This document shows, piece by piece, positions 25,591 through 38,398 of a DNA stretch of 64,000 nt. Numbering within the stretch: the stretch's first letter is position 1; every line of letters starts with the position of its first letter. Made by a program: the position numbers and the translations under genes. Source of the DNA: Eledone cirrhosa (Eukaryota); NCBI GenBank assembly GCA_964016885.1, contig OZ024744.1, positions 58,838,001 through 58,902,000 of the forward strand, read 5' to 3'. The notes below the pieces were generated by a model. The model was not told the DNA's origin and did not search any database. It saw only the letters and a list, made by a program, of their open reading frames with translations.

Positions 25591-26509
25591 TTTCTGTAGG
25601 CATAAAATAGCTACTAGATTTACAAACTTCAAACCACCATGATTTGAACCAGCAATCCCAAAATTAGTACTGAACCACCTAGATTTTAACATATAGAATA
25701 CACACTATCGCACCACTATTAGCTATCAAACTGCCAACTAATCACTGGACCATAAATCTCTGTACACTTCTTCCATCTTCTCTCCACCAACCTCAAAACA
25801 TCTACAACAACCAGCAAAACATCTACAACAAACGTTTATGTCCTGTCAGCCCATAAGTATCATAAATCAATTAATCTCTAATTTATTGTCTTTCCTCTAT
25901 CGGACCCTCCACACAAACTTATCTACATCTCAAATCTGGTTTCTCATGTTAGCACCAAAAAACACAATGGGTTGCCTGCAGGGCACCTTAGAGAGTCCAC
26001 ATTTTGCTCATATGCTCATATTGGCATAAAATTCTGCTGTTTGGAGACTTTCCTATCACCTTGAAAACACCTGAAGCCCTTTCCTTACAAAAGAAACTTT
26101 CAGTCCCTTCTTCAATTTTGAGAGAAACTCACCCTATCCTCCACACACATTACTCAGCAGCCCTTTTCTGCTTTCTTGCAAAGCTTCTCTTGCTGGGAAT
26201 CTATACTATAATAAAGGGAGAAGTGCAGGACAGCGTCCGTTTTATATTTTTTTATCCCGTTAGTAAAATAAGTTGAATTACTTTGAATAAATAATGAATG
26301 AATATTATTACTAAATTTTATAACACATGATTAAACATAAATAATTTAACCTATTGCTTATTTCAAGATTCACTTCTTTTAAAAGTTTCAAATTTCAACT
26401 TATCATCACCACCACCACCACACCACTTCAGCTACCATATATAGATAGAGCGATAAAGAAAGAGAGAGTGTGAAGAGAGAGATACAGACAGATAGAGTGA
26501 CTATGTGAC

Positions 26510-26552
<43 letters not shown>

Positions 26553-26616
26553 AATGAAGTAATTCCGTCGGAAAAGTCCAGGAAAAAAGAGTGCTCTATG
26601 TAGGTAACAGAGCTTA

Positions 26617-26803
26617 ATAGTTATGTAATAAACAACATAAGGCAATTATTCCATTTACCAGTGGTTTCTTAAAAGCAAAAGATTTTGCTTTCAATCATGA
26701 GACCAGGATTTTTTCATTCTGAGGATTGAAAGCAAAATCTTTTGCTTTTAAGAAACCACTGGTAAATGGAATAATTGCCTTATGTTGTTTATTACATAAC
26801 TAT
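26617..26803. repeat. Perfect 80-bp inverted repeat with 27-nt spacer, between (TA)n tracts
   Basis: 26617-26696 is the reverse complement of 26724-26803. Confidence 0.95.
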
Positions 26804-26919
26804 ATATATATAGAGAGAGAGAGAGAAAGATGAACATATTACGATTTTTTCAATACGCTGACGTGTATGTGTATGTGTGTGTGTGCATATACATACATTT
26901 ATAAGTATAAAAAATATAA

Positions 26920-27048
26920 TAATTGTTTCTACTTTAGACACAAGACCAGCAATTACCCAGCGCATTTCTGGTACTTTATTTTATCGACCGCGTAAGGATG
27001 AAAGGCAAAGTTAACTTCGGCGGGATTTGAACTCAGAACATAAAGGGA
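26920..27048 (-). mobile_element. SINE family S1, 5'-truncated
   Basis: Reverse complement of the S1 B box, core and 3' end. Confidence 0.85.
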
Positions 27049-27094
27049 AAAAATATAATATAATGCTTACAGGACGAAAACACAAATATAATAT

Positions 27095-27445
27095 ATAGAA
27101 AGAAACCAAGCGCCCTCACAAGCATCACCAGTTACCTCGGTTAGGCGAGCCACCAGTGAAGATAAGAACCTCGCAGTCAGTAGCCTGACTCCCCCAAATG
27201 TTTCGAACGCCACTGCCTGGAAGATGTAGTAGGCCGACAGATCACAGTATTTTAGGATTTTATTCCATTCAGCATCCAAGATCAGGGAAGACACAAAAGA
27301 CTCACTACCTGTGGCATCCCAGATATGCCACCTGCCTCTTGACCAGGGGCACAGGGTAAGACCATCAGGTCTTCTCCCATCAATTATGGACAACCCAGAC
27401 TGTTCAAAAATTGAGGGGATGTTTGCCCAGGCCAAAGCTCTTAAG
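27095..27445 (-). mobile_element. CRE-type non-LTR retrotransposon 3' fragment (restriction-like endonuclease)
   Basis: GRRPDGLTLCPWSRGR..WDAT..K..KY..FQAVAFETFG, a PD-(D/E)xK RLE domain pattern. Confidence 0.8.
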
Positions 27446-27554
27446 TGGTAATAGGACAGTGTGTGTATTTGCACACGTTTGAGTTTGTCAACGTTTTTAA
27501 ATTAGAGACGTGTGTGTGTATCACATTCATTCATACAAACACACACACACATTG

Positions 27555-30280
27555 TATGACAGTTGGATGAACAGAAGTCGCTCAAATTTATATACATGTG
27601 AATGGAGTTCCACTGAAGCATGTAGAGAAGTTCAAGTATCTCAGGGCCGTATTCACAAGAATGCACCTCCCAACGTAGACTAGTAGTTAGTTAGTGACCT
27701 CATAATCAGGAATAGACGTACTCGACGACAGAGGAGGACTACCCTGAGGAGAAGAATATGGAAGTTGAGGGACACCACAGCCAGTGACAAATTTAAAAGC
27801 TTATTACTTGATGCCTTTGACAGTAAGGAAGAGCAATTAGAGAGGTACAATATAGAGGAACAGTGGGAATTCTTGAAAGTTAACCTGCTGAAGGCAACAG
27901 ATGAAATCTGTGGCTGGAGCAGACCTATAGGCAGGAGAAGAGTAACTTGGTGGTGGAACAGTAAGGTGGAGGAGATAATCAAGGCCAAAAAGCGGGCTTG
28001 GAAAGTATGGCAGGATGGGGGAAGTAGAGAACACTATCAAGTGGCCAGGAGAGAAGCTAGGAGACAAGTGTACATTGCAAAAAGCGAAGCAGAGGATAAA
28101 AAATTCAAGCATGTTCTACAACGTGAGGACCAAAAACGTGAGGTGTTCAGGATTGCAAGACAATGTGTCAAGGAAAACCGTGATATTGTTGGGGAGAAGT
28201 GTGTCTGTAATGATAATGGTGTACTTGCCCTCACTGATACTAATAAGAAGATAGCCTAGACATGTCACTACGAGAGACTATTAAATGAGGAAAATAAATG
28301 GTAAAAAGTCTGCCCCAAATCGATCCAATAGAAGGACCAGCGGTGGGAATCCCTATACGCGGATGATCTAACTCTCATAGCTGAATCAATGGCTGAACTA
28401 AAGAAGAAATTCCAAACATGGAAGCATGGCCTAGAATCAAAAGGCCTTAAAGTTAACTTGTCTAAGACTAAAGTTCTAGTATGTAGGAAGGAAAATAGGA
28501 CACAGGTGCCCTCTGGCAAATGGCCATGCTCCGTGTGTAGGAAAGGAGTAGGTAGAAATTCCATTTTATGTCCCAAATGCAAACTATGGGTACATAAAAG
28601 ATGCAGTGGGATCACAGGTAAACTATCTAAGAACATAGATTTTATATGTGGCCGATGCTCAGGTGCAATAAGTAGCAAGTGCCCACAGGATACTAGCTCA
28701 TTCTATTGCCCAGATGGCTCTATAGAAATAGTGGACACTTTCTGTTACCTGGGTGACAAAATCAGCAGTGGCGGAGGGTGCTCTGAAAGTACAGTAGCCA
28801 GAGTCAGAACGGGATGGAAAAAGTTCAGAGAGCTTATACCGCTGTTAGCCACAAAAGGTTTCTCTCTAAAAATGAAAGGCAGATGGTATGATGCCTGTAT
28901 ACGAACAACAATGCTACATGGCAGTGTGACATGGGCATTGTGTGGAGAGGACCTGCACAGACTGGAAAGGAACGAAGCATGCATGCTCCGTTGGATGTGT
29001 AATAGTAATATATGCAAACGGCAAAACATAAATGAACTAAGTGAGAAATTAGGAATAAGAGGGATCAGATGCTGTTTACTTGAGAGAAGACTATGTTGGT
29101 ATGGTCATGTGATGCGTATGAAAGACGACAGCTGTATAATAAAAAGTGCAGGGCGATCAAAATTGATGGAAGTTACGGAGTAGGTAGACCCAGAAAAACC
29201 TGGGACGATTTGATAAATTCCGACCTTACACACTTACACCTTACGACCTTACACCTCTCCAAGACAATGTCTCTGGACCGAGATCTTTGGCGCCATGCAG
29301 TATTACAGAAGACCCACCTTGCCTATGTACAAAACAAAACAAAACCTACAGTCTGTAGACACCTCTTAACCCAATATACACCCCATCGCGCTACCCCTCA
29401 CTCCACCCTCCCACTCCCACCAACACCACCCTCTCTCTATAAAGTTGGTAAAACAACATCCAGTCTAAATTAACAAGATAATGAGATCGAGATCGAGATC
29501 GTGTAGGTGTCACGACAAATAAAAAACACACAGTCCACGCTGTAATGTGACCATGTAGGTAACACGGTAAAAAGTTCCCAGTCCACACTGTAAATGTGGT
29601 TGGTGTTAGGAAGGGCATCCAGCCATAGAAAACCTGCCAGATAGTCCTATATGAGTGAGACACAGTCATCCAACCAACCGTGCCTCAAGTGGGACAACTC
29701 CCGTCTAACCCATACTAGCGTGGAAGATAGACATTAAACGATGATGATGATGGTGGTGGTGGAATGCAGGAGGCTGAATTAAGTGCAAAAATTGCAAAAG
29801 CTGATGCAGCAATGCGCCATCTTCAGCATTCAGTAATCAGAAGGGAGGTAGGTGTAAAAACTAAACTCACTGTCTTCCTGGTATTCCTGCTAACCCTTAC
29901 CTATGGTCTTGGGTAATGACCGAAAGAATATAACTGCAAATACAAGCGGCCGAAATGGGGTTCCTCTGAAGGGTCTTTGGAGTAACCTTAGTTGATAAAG
30001 TGCATAGCTTGGAGATCAGAGAGTCACTCCAAGTAGAGCCGCTACTTCTCCGGATTGAGAGATCACAACTCCAATACTATGAACATGCGGTTAGAATGTC
30101 TCAGGAAAGAATCTCTGGACACATTTTTACAGACAAAACCAACCGGCAAGAGACCCAGAGGTAGACCCTGAGCAAGCTGGATCAGTTAGAGATGTTTGCT
30201 TCTGACAGACTCGCTGGAAGGCATGATTGAGGAGGACTCTGCCCCTGTGATCCTCTCGGAACTAAGTGGACAAGGAAGAA
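27555..30280 (+). mobile_element. Rex3/Expander-like RTE 3' fragment split by the family A insertion at ~27660-29755
   Basis: VNGVPLKHVEKFKYL at 27598-27655 continues after the insertion as ELSAKIAKA..LTYG..QAAEM..IERSQL..KRPRGRP (29760-30170). Confidence 0.7.
27660..29755 (+). mobile_element. RTE LINE family A, 5'-truncated, with ~0.7-kb internal deletion of the RT N-terminal domains
   Basis: IDPIEGPAV is joined directly to W..LYADD near 28343; PHD and C-terminus intact; (GAT)n tail near 29740. Confidence 0.92.
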
Positions 30281-30465
30281 GATATTGTCAATTTACTTTT
30301 CAATTTACATATCATATCTATATGCATATATATTTACGTATAATACCAATATGCACACCACATATGCTAGCAGAAAACCGCCCGAGGGCGGTTTTCTGCT
30401 ACTGGAGTCCTAATGACCAGATACAATGATCCTTATAAAGATAACAAAAATGAAGAAACTCTTAC

Positions 30466-30551
30466 TATTTGGGAGTCCGTAGGTCAAGGAACTTTGGTTT
30501 CACATCCAGTGATATATCTTTCATTGTGGTATTTGGCAATTGAATTTTTAC
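30466..30551 (-). CDS. DNAAF6: DNAAF6/PIH1D3-like coding exon 5 (VKIQLPNTTMKDISLDVKPKFLDLRTPK-Y)
   Basis: Acceptor ttacctttacag, donor gtaaga; 86 nt, phase 0 to 2; matches the PIH1D3 CS-like domain motif VKIxLP...LDV...FLDLRTP. Confidence 0.9.
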
Positions 30552-30609
30552 CTGTAAAGGTAATTATAAAAAAATGGTAATGATGGGTGGTGGTGATATA
30601 TATATACAT

Positions 30610-33526
30610 AAAAATAGTCGTTTTGGAAGCCTCTACAATGCAGATAGGTAAATCTCTGGGTAACAAAATCAGGTGGCAGTAGGAGGAGAGAGAAATGTAG
30701 GAAGGAGCATAGAAAGAGACATAGAGAACATGAAAAGGCATAAAAAGAAAACCAAGGATAGAGTTACCTTGGAAGAGATTTATTGGTCCCTATATTTTGG
30801 ATTTCACATCTATCGACAGGGTGGGGGTTTCCGAAGGCAAATAGATATGTCAGGGAAGGGAACAATTTGTGGCCTTCTTTATCTGCCATATGCATACAAT
30901 TGAAAGATATCGTGCATCAGTGACTACCCCCTATTGAGCATGTTTGCGCACGATATGGGTGTTGGAGTTAGTAGTTGTAGCTCACACTAGAGTGAGGGGC
31001 TGGTGGGTTTCTGTCTATACACCAATGTTACCAATTCTTTACATTCTGGTAGTGGTAGGTAAGTTGGTGACAGACGAAGTAGTAATAATGTCTGTCTCTT
31101 TGGTGTCTGTCAGTATACAATATACAATAACATTCACTCATCTGCTATTGTGTGTGTATGTGTTGATGTTCTATCTAAACCAGCCATCGTGTAACCCATC
31201 TTGGATCGATTATTGATTAGCAGTTCCAGACGTTTTATCCAAAGTGATTCCTTGATCCTTAGAGTTCCGACATTGCGCTCCATTGCTAGCACTGTGACAG
31301 TAAGTCTACCATCCTTGTTTCCGCATTTGGTGATGTGTTTTCAGAAAGATGGGGCTCTAGTGTTGACATGTTCTTTGATCTGGATGTGCAGCAGTAGGAT
31401 GGTGCTGCAGATGTAGAAATCCTTACATTTGTCACATTCAATCTTAAAGATGACGTAGTGTGCAAGCAACAGTTTGTCTGGCATATCGGACAGTTGTTGA
31501 GAGAGCACATATTATCCGCATTGTAAAGTTTCCTGGAGAGGCATCTCAGTAGGGAGGGCCCGAGTGGGCTAAATGGATGTCGAGACCTCCCCTTTGTATG
31601 GCTCTGTGGATAGCGCTGGTGGTTCTTTTACCCAAGTGTGGGATCTTGAGGAAGCACTTATCCTTCAGGTTTCTCTGCCTCGTGTGTCTGGGGGTCACTT
31701 ATTCCATTAGCAAAAGATGGTGGAACTGCTTCATGTGGGTAATACCACTCACGGGATCACTGCTTCTATCTCTTATCTGCATGACTTCGTTTGTAATGTA
31801 CTCTCTTTTGGCATTGTTAGGGAGGGCAGACTTGAAGTGGACGAACAGGAGCATGCAGGCCACCTTGCAGTAAAAGTCAGTGTTGACCCCTCCCTGTTCC
31901 GTGATGTTGAGTTAGAAGTCAATGAGGACAAGGGACCCATCGTCGCTGGGGTGCCCTCTGCTGAAATCAATGTTCTCGTCCGTATTGTTGAACGCCTCAT
32001 AAAACCCATTAGCCATCTCCTGAGAAGACGTGAGGATGAGGATGTCATCCACATATCTTGTGAAGGCAACATTGGGGTGGCAGGTGTTGAGTGCCTTGTG
32101 TTCTAGTCAGTCCATATACAAAATCTCCAGCACACTCGACAAGCTTCAACCCATAGGTAGTCCTGAGGTTTGTCGGTATGTGTGGCTAAGAAAGTCAAAG
32201 TGTTGTCGACATCAACAGATAGGAGCTGGTGGATGTCAGTGGAGGTGAGCCCGAAGCTGTGTAAGTTGGTGAACTAGACTCATTCTGTCAGTATGTCGAC
32301 AGCCAGGAGTACTGGAGCCAAGGTGTACAGAGCGACCATATCAAGGCTGAAGGCATATCTGTTATCCCTTTGGGCACCAGGTTCCATTTGGTGTAGTCAC
32401 GCTATAACCTCCTAGGAACTGTTGACGTGTCCCGGTAGGGTGGTCAGTAGAGGTTTTAAGATTTTAGATAGGAACCACAAGATTTTATAAAGTGGTCCTT
32501 CCACGCTGGATACAATGGGCCTGATTTTCATGTCTTGTCCTTGTTTGTGGGTTTTCATGAGGTGATAAGAGGCAGGTAGCCTGCTGTTCCTTGTAAGGAG
32601 GTTGCTTCTTAGCCTCTTCGGGAGTTTCCACAGATTGCAGATGTTGGTTCATATGGTGGTGATATGTTCCTCGATCTGTGCGGGAGTGACCCCTGTGTCC
32701 TTGGAGTAGAGGCTGTCATCGTCAAGGTGTAGGAGAGCTAGGTTGTTGTAGGCCTCTCTGGTGATGATGCAGAATTCATTTTCTGGCGGATGGGAGGTAA
32801 ACGAGGTTCCTTGATTTCAGGTTTGCGAGAGTGGTGAGTTGCGATTTAGTTAAGTTTTTAAGTTGTGTGTGTGTTTATGTAAGATGTCAGAGATAGAATG
32901 TTTCAACCAGATGAGTTTCTTGTCGAGTTTATGGTTGGTGGGTTGTGAGTGAAGTGGGTTGTCAAGGTGGCACGTGGGGAATTTTGGGGCAGGCTGAGTA
33001 GGTGTTGTCATTTTCGGTGGTATTGTTGATGGCAATTATCCATTTGATCTGGCAAGCGGCTCGGCAACTTACCTACCACTACCAGAATGCAGCACTGGAG
33101 CATACACAGAAACCCACTACTCCCTCACTCTAGTGGAAATTATGACTACTAACTCCAACAAACTTTAAGTGACCACACCAATATCGCACGCATATGCGCT
33201 CGATAGAGAGTCATCTCTAACGCATATCTTTCAATTTTACACATACAGCAGATAAAGAAAGCCACACATTGTTCCCTTCCCTGGCATATCTATTTCCCTT
33301 CGGACCCCCCACCCCCCACTGTCAATGAATGTGAAATCCAAAATATAGGAACCAATAAATCTCTTCCAAAGTAAATCTATCTCTGGTTTTCTTTTTATGC
33401 CTTTTTCACGTTCTTTACATCTCTTTTTACGTTTCTTCCTACTTTTCTCTCTCCTACTGCCACCTGATTTTGTTACCCGATGATATACCCATCTGCACTG
33501 TAGAGGCTTCCTAAACAACTATTTTT
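30610..33526 (-). mobile_element. Penelope-like element (RT + GIY-YIG, degraded) bounded by ~460-bp inverted pLTR arms (30610-31066 / 33065-33526)
   Basis: Minus strand has RPIVS, YVDD (~32040), LPFLD-like SLSSL, HHLL, CPIC..C and VIFKIECDKCKDFYI..RIKEH-like GIY-YIG. The arms are clearly alignable, diverged reverse complements. Confidence 0.85.
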
Positions 33527-34005
33527 CATATGCCACAATGCTTTAAGCAAATTTCAACACACTCATCTGTTGTTGATTTTTTAGGTCAATAATCTAACAT
33601 ATCTTTCATATTAAGCACTCCACGTTGTTGTTCGCTAAATGGTACCCAAAAGAGTATTTATAATAAGGGAAGAAGAAGCTTTTATTTTTTCAGCTCTAAT
33701 TTATTTCCTATTATGCTGCATTTCTGAGGTGATGAATAGTTTAATAGTTTCTTGTTCATTGCGTCACTCGTCAGATAGGTGATTTAATTTTGGTAGATCA
33801 TAATTTGTATGGTATACTTCTAAATAGTATATAGTTTTTTAGAGTTGGCTCCAATCAGTATTACTGTCTATTATTCCACCTATTATTCCACCTGTTGTTG
33901 ATGTTTTTGTTTGTTGGCATTGTCAAGGTAGTAAGTTTGGTGTTATTCCATTAACTGCATCTTTGTACCCTTCATCATCATCATCGTTGAGTGTGTATAG
34001 TGAAC

Positions 34006-34456
34006 GGTAAAAATGGCACAAGTGGTGGTAGTGGTGGTCGTGGTGGAGGTAGTGTGGGGGGGGGGGCTAATGGTGGTAGTGGGGGGGGGGTAGCTGTATT
34101 AGTAGTGATGGTAGTAGTAGCTGTGGTAGTAGTCATGGTAGTAGTAGTGGTGGAGGTAGTCGTGGCGGTAGTAGTAGTGGTGGAGGTGTAGGTAGTAGTG
34201 GTGGTGGAGGTAGTAGTGGTGGTAATAGTGGCGGTAGTGGTAATAGTGATGGTGGTGGTAGTAGTGGTGGTAGTCGTGGTGGTGGTGATAGTAGTACTGG
34301 TCAGGGTTAGGGTTGAACTTCTCTACCTGCTTCAGTGGAACTACTACTACTACTACCACCACTACTACCCGCACCACTACCACCACTACTACCACCACTT
34401 GTACCATTTTTACCTATAATTCCACTTATGCCATTTTTACCTGTGTCATTTTTACC
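34006..34456. mobile_element. Fold-back/MITE-like element with GGTAAAAATGGCACA sub-terminal repeats around (GGT/GTA)n and (ACT/ACC)n tracts
   Basis: GGTAAAAATGGCACAAGTGGTGGTAGT at 34006 matches the reverse complement at ~34388-34414; further TG(C/T)CATTTTTACC units follow; central GGGTTAGGGTT. Confidence 0.6.
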
Positions 34457-35079
34457 TAAATTTGTGTGTGTATATATATGTGTGTGTTTGCATTTATGCA
34501 TGTTTGTGTGCATTTGTATTTCTGTGTATGTGTTTATGTGCATGTGTGTGTTTGTGTGTATGTTTATGTGCATGTGTTTTTTTGTTGTTGTTCACTGTGT
34601 GTGTGTTGAGTATGTGTGTGTTGAGTATGTGTGTGTGTGTTTTGTGTATGTATGTATGTGTGTGTTTGAGTGTGTGTGTGTGTGTTTAAGTGTTTGTGTG
34701 TGTGTTTGAGTGTTTGTGGGTGTGTTTGAGTGGGTGAGTGTGTGTGTGTGTGTGTGTCTGTGTGAATGTGTTTGAGTGTTGTTTGCTTATTCCTCTTTTA
34801 GCTGATCTCTACTCCTAGATTTTTTAATGTGTGTACTCTAATGTTTGTATTACACCTATAGTTATGTTTGTTGGTAGTGTGGTTCTCTGTAGTTCTATAA
34901 TGGTCATTAATTTAATTAATTTAATTATTTTACTTATAACCCTATTCGTAATTATATTTGGGTTTAACTTTTTATATAACTATTTTATTTCTGATGCAAA
35001 GTTACCATAGGTTTACCCATATAATCTTAGAAATGTCTTAGATAATTTATGTGTACATATATCCCAGATATATGGCAAA

Positions 35080-35830
35080 CTATTAGGGGAGATGGGGAAA
35101 TGAGTGACACTGTTAACTCCCAAGAAAATGTTGCTACAGGTCTGAGAAAATTACCAAATTGATGACTAGCATGAATGAGATCACCAAAGCACTGCAATAT
35201 GGCTCTAAACAGTGAAGGCAGTCACACCATATCGTCCTTTGTGTGAGATAACAAGGGGCATGTTCAGGCCTTGCAGTTTCCACCCAATGCTGCAAGAGCT
35301 GACGATGGGCCTGCGACCTTTCCTGGAAGGTGTGAGATGGAAGCCCAAAGGTTATGTAGCCCGAAACCCCAGAGAGGGTTTGGAAGAAAGCAAACCTTGG
35401 CAACTCCAGAGGAGGTTCGGAAGGGGAGCAATCTTTGACAATTGTAACCTGGGACATCACAATCCTTACAGGTAAAGAGCAAGAACTAGCGGAAAAGACT
35501 AGATGTTACCAGCTAGATATAGTTGGGGTTTCCTCAACAAAGTTCCGTGGCTCTGATACTGTAGATTTAGATGGGAGATGGAAACTCCACTATTCAGGTG
35601 AGGCGCCAGAAAAGACTACACAGGCAGGATTAGGGATACTCACAAACACCCGGCTGTCAGAATATGTTATGGACTGAATCCTATTTGGCGGGAAGATTTG
35701 CCTCTTGAAGCTTAGGCTGAAAGATGGGTCTCTGTTGGCAGTGTAAGTTCATGAACCAAACAGAGAATCCAAATACAGATCCTTCCTTGACAAAATCACT
35801 GCAGTGTTAGGTGTAGCTACGATGGAGTCA
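35080..35830 (+). mobile_element. 5' fragment (UTR + APE start) of a Rex3/Expander-like RTE
   Basis: TIVTWDITILTGKEQEL..YQLDIVGVSST..WKLHYSG..AGLGIL. Confidence 0.75.
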
Positions 35831-35918
35831 TATAGAACACTTTAAAACAAATAGCTTTGTAGTAGAGCACCAGGGTCAGTTTCGGGTGGTCTGATATAAA
35901 AAAAGTCCTTAAACTTAC

Positions 35919-36015
35919 AATCATTTTTTCACAACTGCTACTGCCAGGTGTCTTATTACCCAGTTGCAGGTATACATCCTCTGTTCTTACGTTTTGGTTG
36001 TATGATATTGAATAC
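35919..36015 (-). CDS. DNAAF6: DNAAF6/PIH1D3-like coding exon 4 (E-YSISYNQNVRTEDVYLQLGNKTPGSSSCEKMI)
   Basis: Acceptor tatgttttag, donor gtaagt; 97 nt, phase 2 to 0; motif Q-V-TED..L....K.P....CE. Confidence 0.9.
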
Positions 36016-36319
36016 CTAAAACATAATAATGATATAGGTGATCATCATAATTATAATCATCATCATTTTATGTTCAATTTCTGCACTGGCTTGAGTTTGA
36101 TGGTTTATTATGGTCTGATACTAGAAAGGTCAAAGGACCCCATCTTTTGGTATGGCTTGTACAGCTGGATGCCCTTTCTAATATCAACCACTTCATAAAG
36201 AGTATTGAATGCATTTTACCTTGACACCAGTACTACCATTTTATACTTTATGATGATTATATTTTTTTAAGTTTTTGAAGATGCACAGATTAGTAGTTGG
36301 GCTGATGTTCTCATGATAA

Positions 36320-36560
36320 TAAAGTGGTGGGTTTGGTACTCAGATTGGACGGTCCATTGTGTCCTTGTGCGAGGCACTTCCTTTCTCATTGCTCCAGTCA
36401 GTTGAAAGAGTACTGACTAAAGCAGCCCCAGCAGCTGGGATTAACCTTGCAGCAAGAAGCAAGCCTTGTAGTCTCAGTCAGTTAATGCTATGTGAAACTG
36501 GGATAAACTCTGACCTTCGTCAAACTTGTGCTTGCATGGAAAATCAGATGTAAACCTAAT
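36320..36560 (+). mobile_element. Degenerate CORE-like tRNA SINE (related copies at ~39345-39570 minus and ~42560-42720 plus)
   Basis: TGTGTCCTTGTGCGAGGCACTT..TTGCTCCAGTC resembles the S2 core. Confidence 0.55.
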
Positions 36561-37261
36561 GAGAATAAAGATGTTTTATCTGCTTCTATTCACAGACAGC
36601 TGAACAAGAGCTACTCAACAAAAACATCAACAATGCCAAATACTTCTACAAAATCAACAGAATTAAGATAATGCTCCTCAGACCCTCACACACTGCCACC
36701 ATCCCACCCCACACATCACCAGCAGCCCCACATCACCATCCTACACCACACACCACTACACCACGCACCACCTCACCACACCACACCACGCCAAACACAA
36801 TGCACCACCATACACCACACACAGATCTTTTTCTGAAACAAGTGCTACAAGTGTTTTCTGATGTAATCTCCAAACTTTTGGTGTAATCCCCAATCTACCT
36901 GGTGTAACTCCCATTTCTCTGCTATGTGTATTCCCATCTTTCTTGTGTGAGCTCCATCTTTCTGATGCAACCCCATTTCTCTGGTGAAACCCCACCTTTC
37001 TGGTATGATTGCACATTTCTAAACTTAACCAATAAACCAGCAATAAAAAGCTGTAAACAAAATACCCAAAATACATCTTTGACTGATAAAATCTTGATTA
37101 GATTCAAACTGGGTCTGACTATCCTACACAAACAAAGCAAAGTAAACAGAGCAGAAACATTCACAGACATACAAATATTTCTAAAGACTGAAGTTCTAAA
37201 TTTAGTCGTGGGAGGTGCTGGCTAAAATACATTGAAGCATTGAAACACATTTAGATATATT

Positions 37262-37692
37262 TGGAAGACAACCCAGGCTTCGCTGCACTTCCGAGGGCTC
37301 ATGGATACATTCTCCGTGCATTGTTTGGCTCAGTTCAGCCAATCGTCGCCAGCGTAGGAGAATGTGTCTCGACTTCCGCCCTGAGGGAAAAATTCCTGTG
37401 GCGATTCATAAATCTCTCTCTTGCTGCTTTGGACTCTGAAAGGTCAAGACGTGATCATGTGACGGTGAGATTTTCACTTTGGCCTGTCGGTCTCCTTAGG
37501 TCTTGGCACAATGCCACATTCACTTCTCAACTCTTAACAATGTTTGTTCTTTACCTTGACATGTCCACTCAACTTAACTCTTTGTAATTAGTTGTAAATA
37601 AAACATGTAAAAATGTTAACAAAGACTTTACGACTAATTCCACAAACATTCACTAATCTCACGTTTAACAAAACCACACCTTTCCTGTTACA
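37262..37692 (+). mobile_element. Diverged solo LTR related to the LTRs of element 1
   Basis: Collinear similarity: GGGCTCA..ATACATTCTC..GTTCAGCCAATC..CGCCCTGAGG..AATCTCTCTCTTG..ACGGTGAGAT..CACATTC; ends TGTTACA. No TSD identified. Confidence 0.7.
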
Positions 37693-37727
37693 ACAAATAC
37701 ACATCATTATAATTATTCGTGTTGATA

Positions 37728-37915
37728 GGGCGGTGGATTAGCAGTAGTGGTAGAGGGTCGGACGCCATGCTTTGACGCATAGAGTTATGGCCCTTTCCAT
37801 TCTGAGTTCAAATCGCACCAAGGTTAACTTTGCCTTTCATCCTTACGGGGTCGATAAAATAAAGTACCAGTAATGCACTGGAATAATTGCTGGCCTTGTG
37901 CGAAAAGTAGAAACA
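37728..37915 (+). mobile_element. Full-length SINE family S1 with 22-bp flanking direct repeat (TSD)
   Basis: ATTATAATTATTCGTGTTGATA at 37706-37727 and 37916-37937. Confidence 0.93.
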
Positions 37916-37954
37916 ATTATAATTATTCGTGTTGATATATTATTATATATTCAT

Positions 37955-38300
37955 CTGCTAAAAGGGTACTCTAGAAATATTGGTCGCTCTCCAACAGGTT
38001 TGCAGTCGAGCCTGTAGCAGTGGAGATTTCTGGTGTCCTTGGCCAACCTCCTCCCAACTCACCAGAACCAGCACAGAGTTGGCTACCCACAGGTGTGAGC
38101 CTCGCGAGCTGGAATGGCTCTTCCAGCGCATCTCCCTCACTATCCGCCGGGGAAATGTCTTCTCTATTCTGTCCACCAGAGACATAGGGTAGCTAGCGTC
38201 TGGGTGCCCATTTGCTCACAATAGTGAGAGATGGAGAGAGCAGGAGAGGTGGAGGCAGTGACAGTGAGAGTTTGGTTGCATTGCATTCAGACCTGGTGTA
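37955..38300 (+). mobile_element. CRE-type retrotransposon 3' fragment
   Basis: EPRELEWLFQRISLTIRRGN, the C-terminal motif of CRE RLE domains. Confidence 0.75.
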
Positions 38301-38398
38301 TGTGTATATATATTTATTTACCATACCACATTAACTGTAAAAGAAGAAATACAAATGAAACAATAACATTTGATATGACTACAATGGCTGCAACTTAC

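Noticed and set aside
33991-34709. Val-, Gly-, His- or Cys-rich ORFs
   Set aside because: Translations of (GGT)n, (ACT)n and (GT)n simple repeats.
37728-37830. tRNA genes suggested by A/B-box motifs
   Set aside because: Heads of multi-copy SINEs with an insertion between the boxes, tails and TSDs; no intact cloverleaf.
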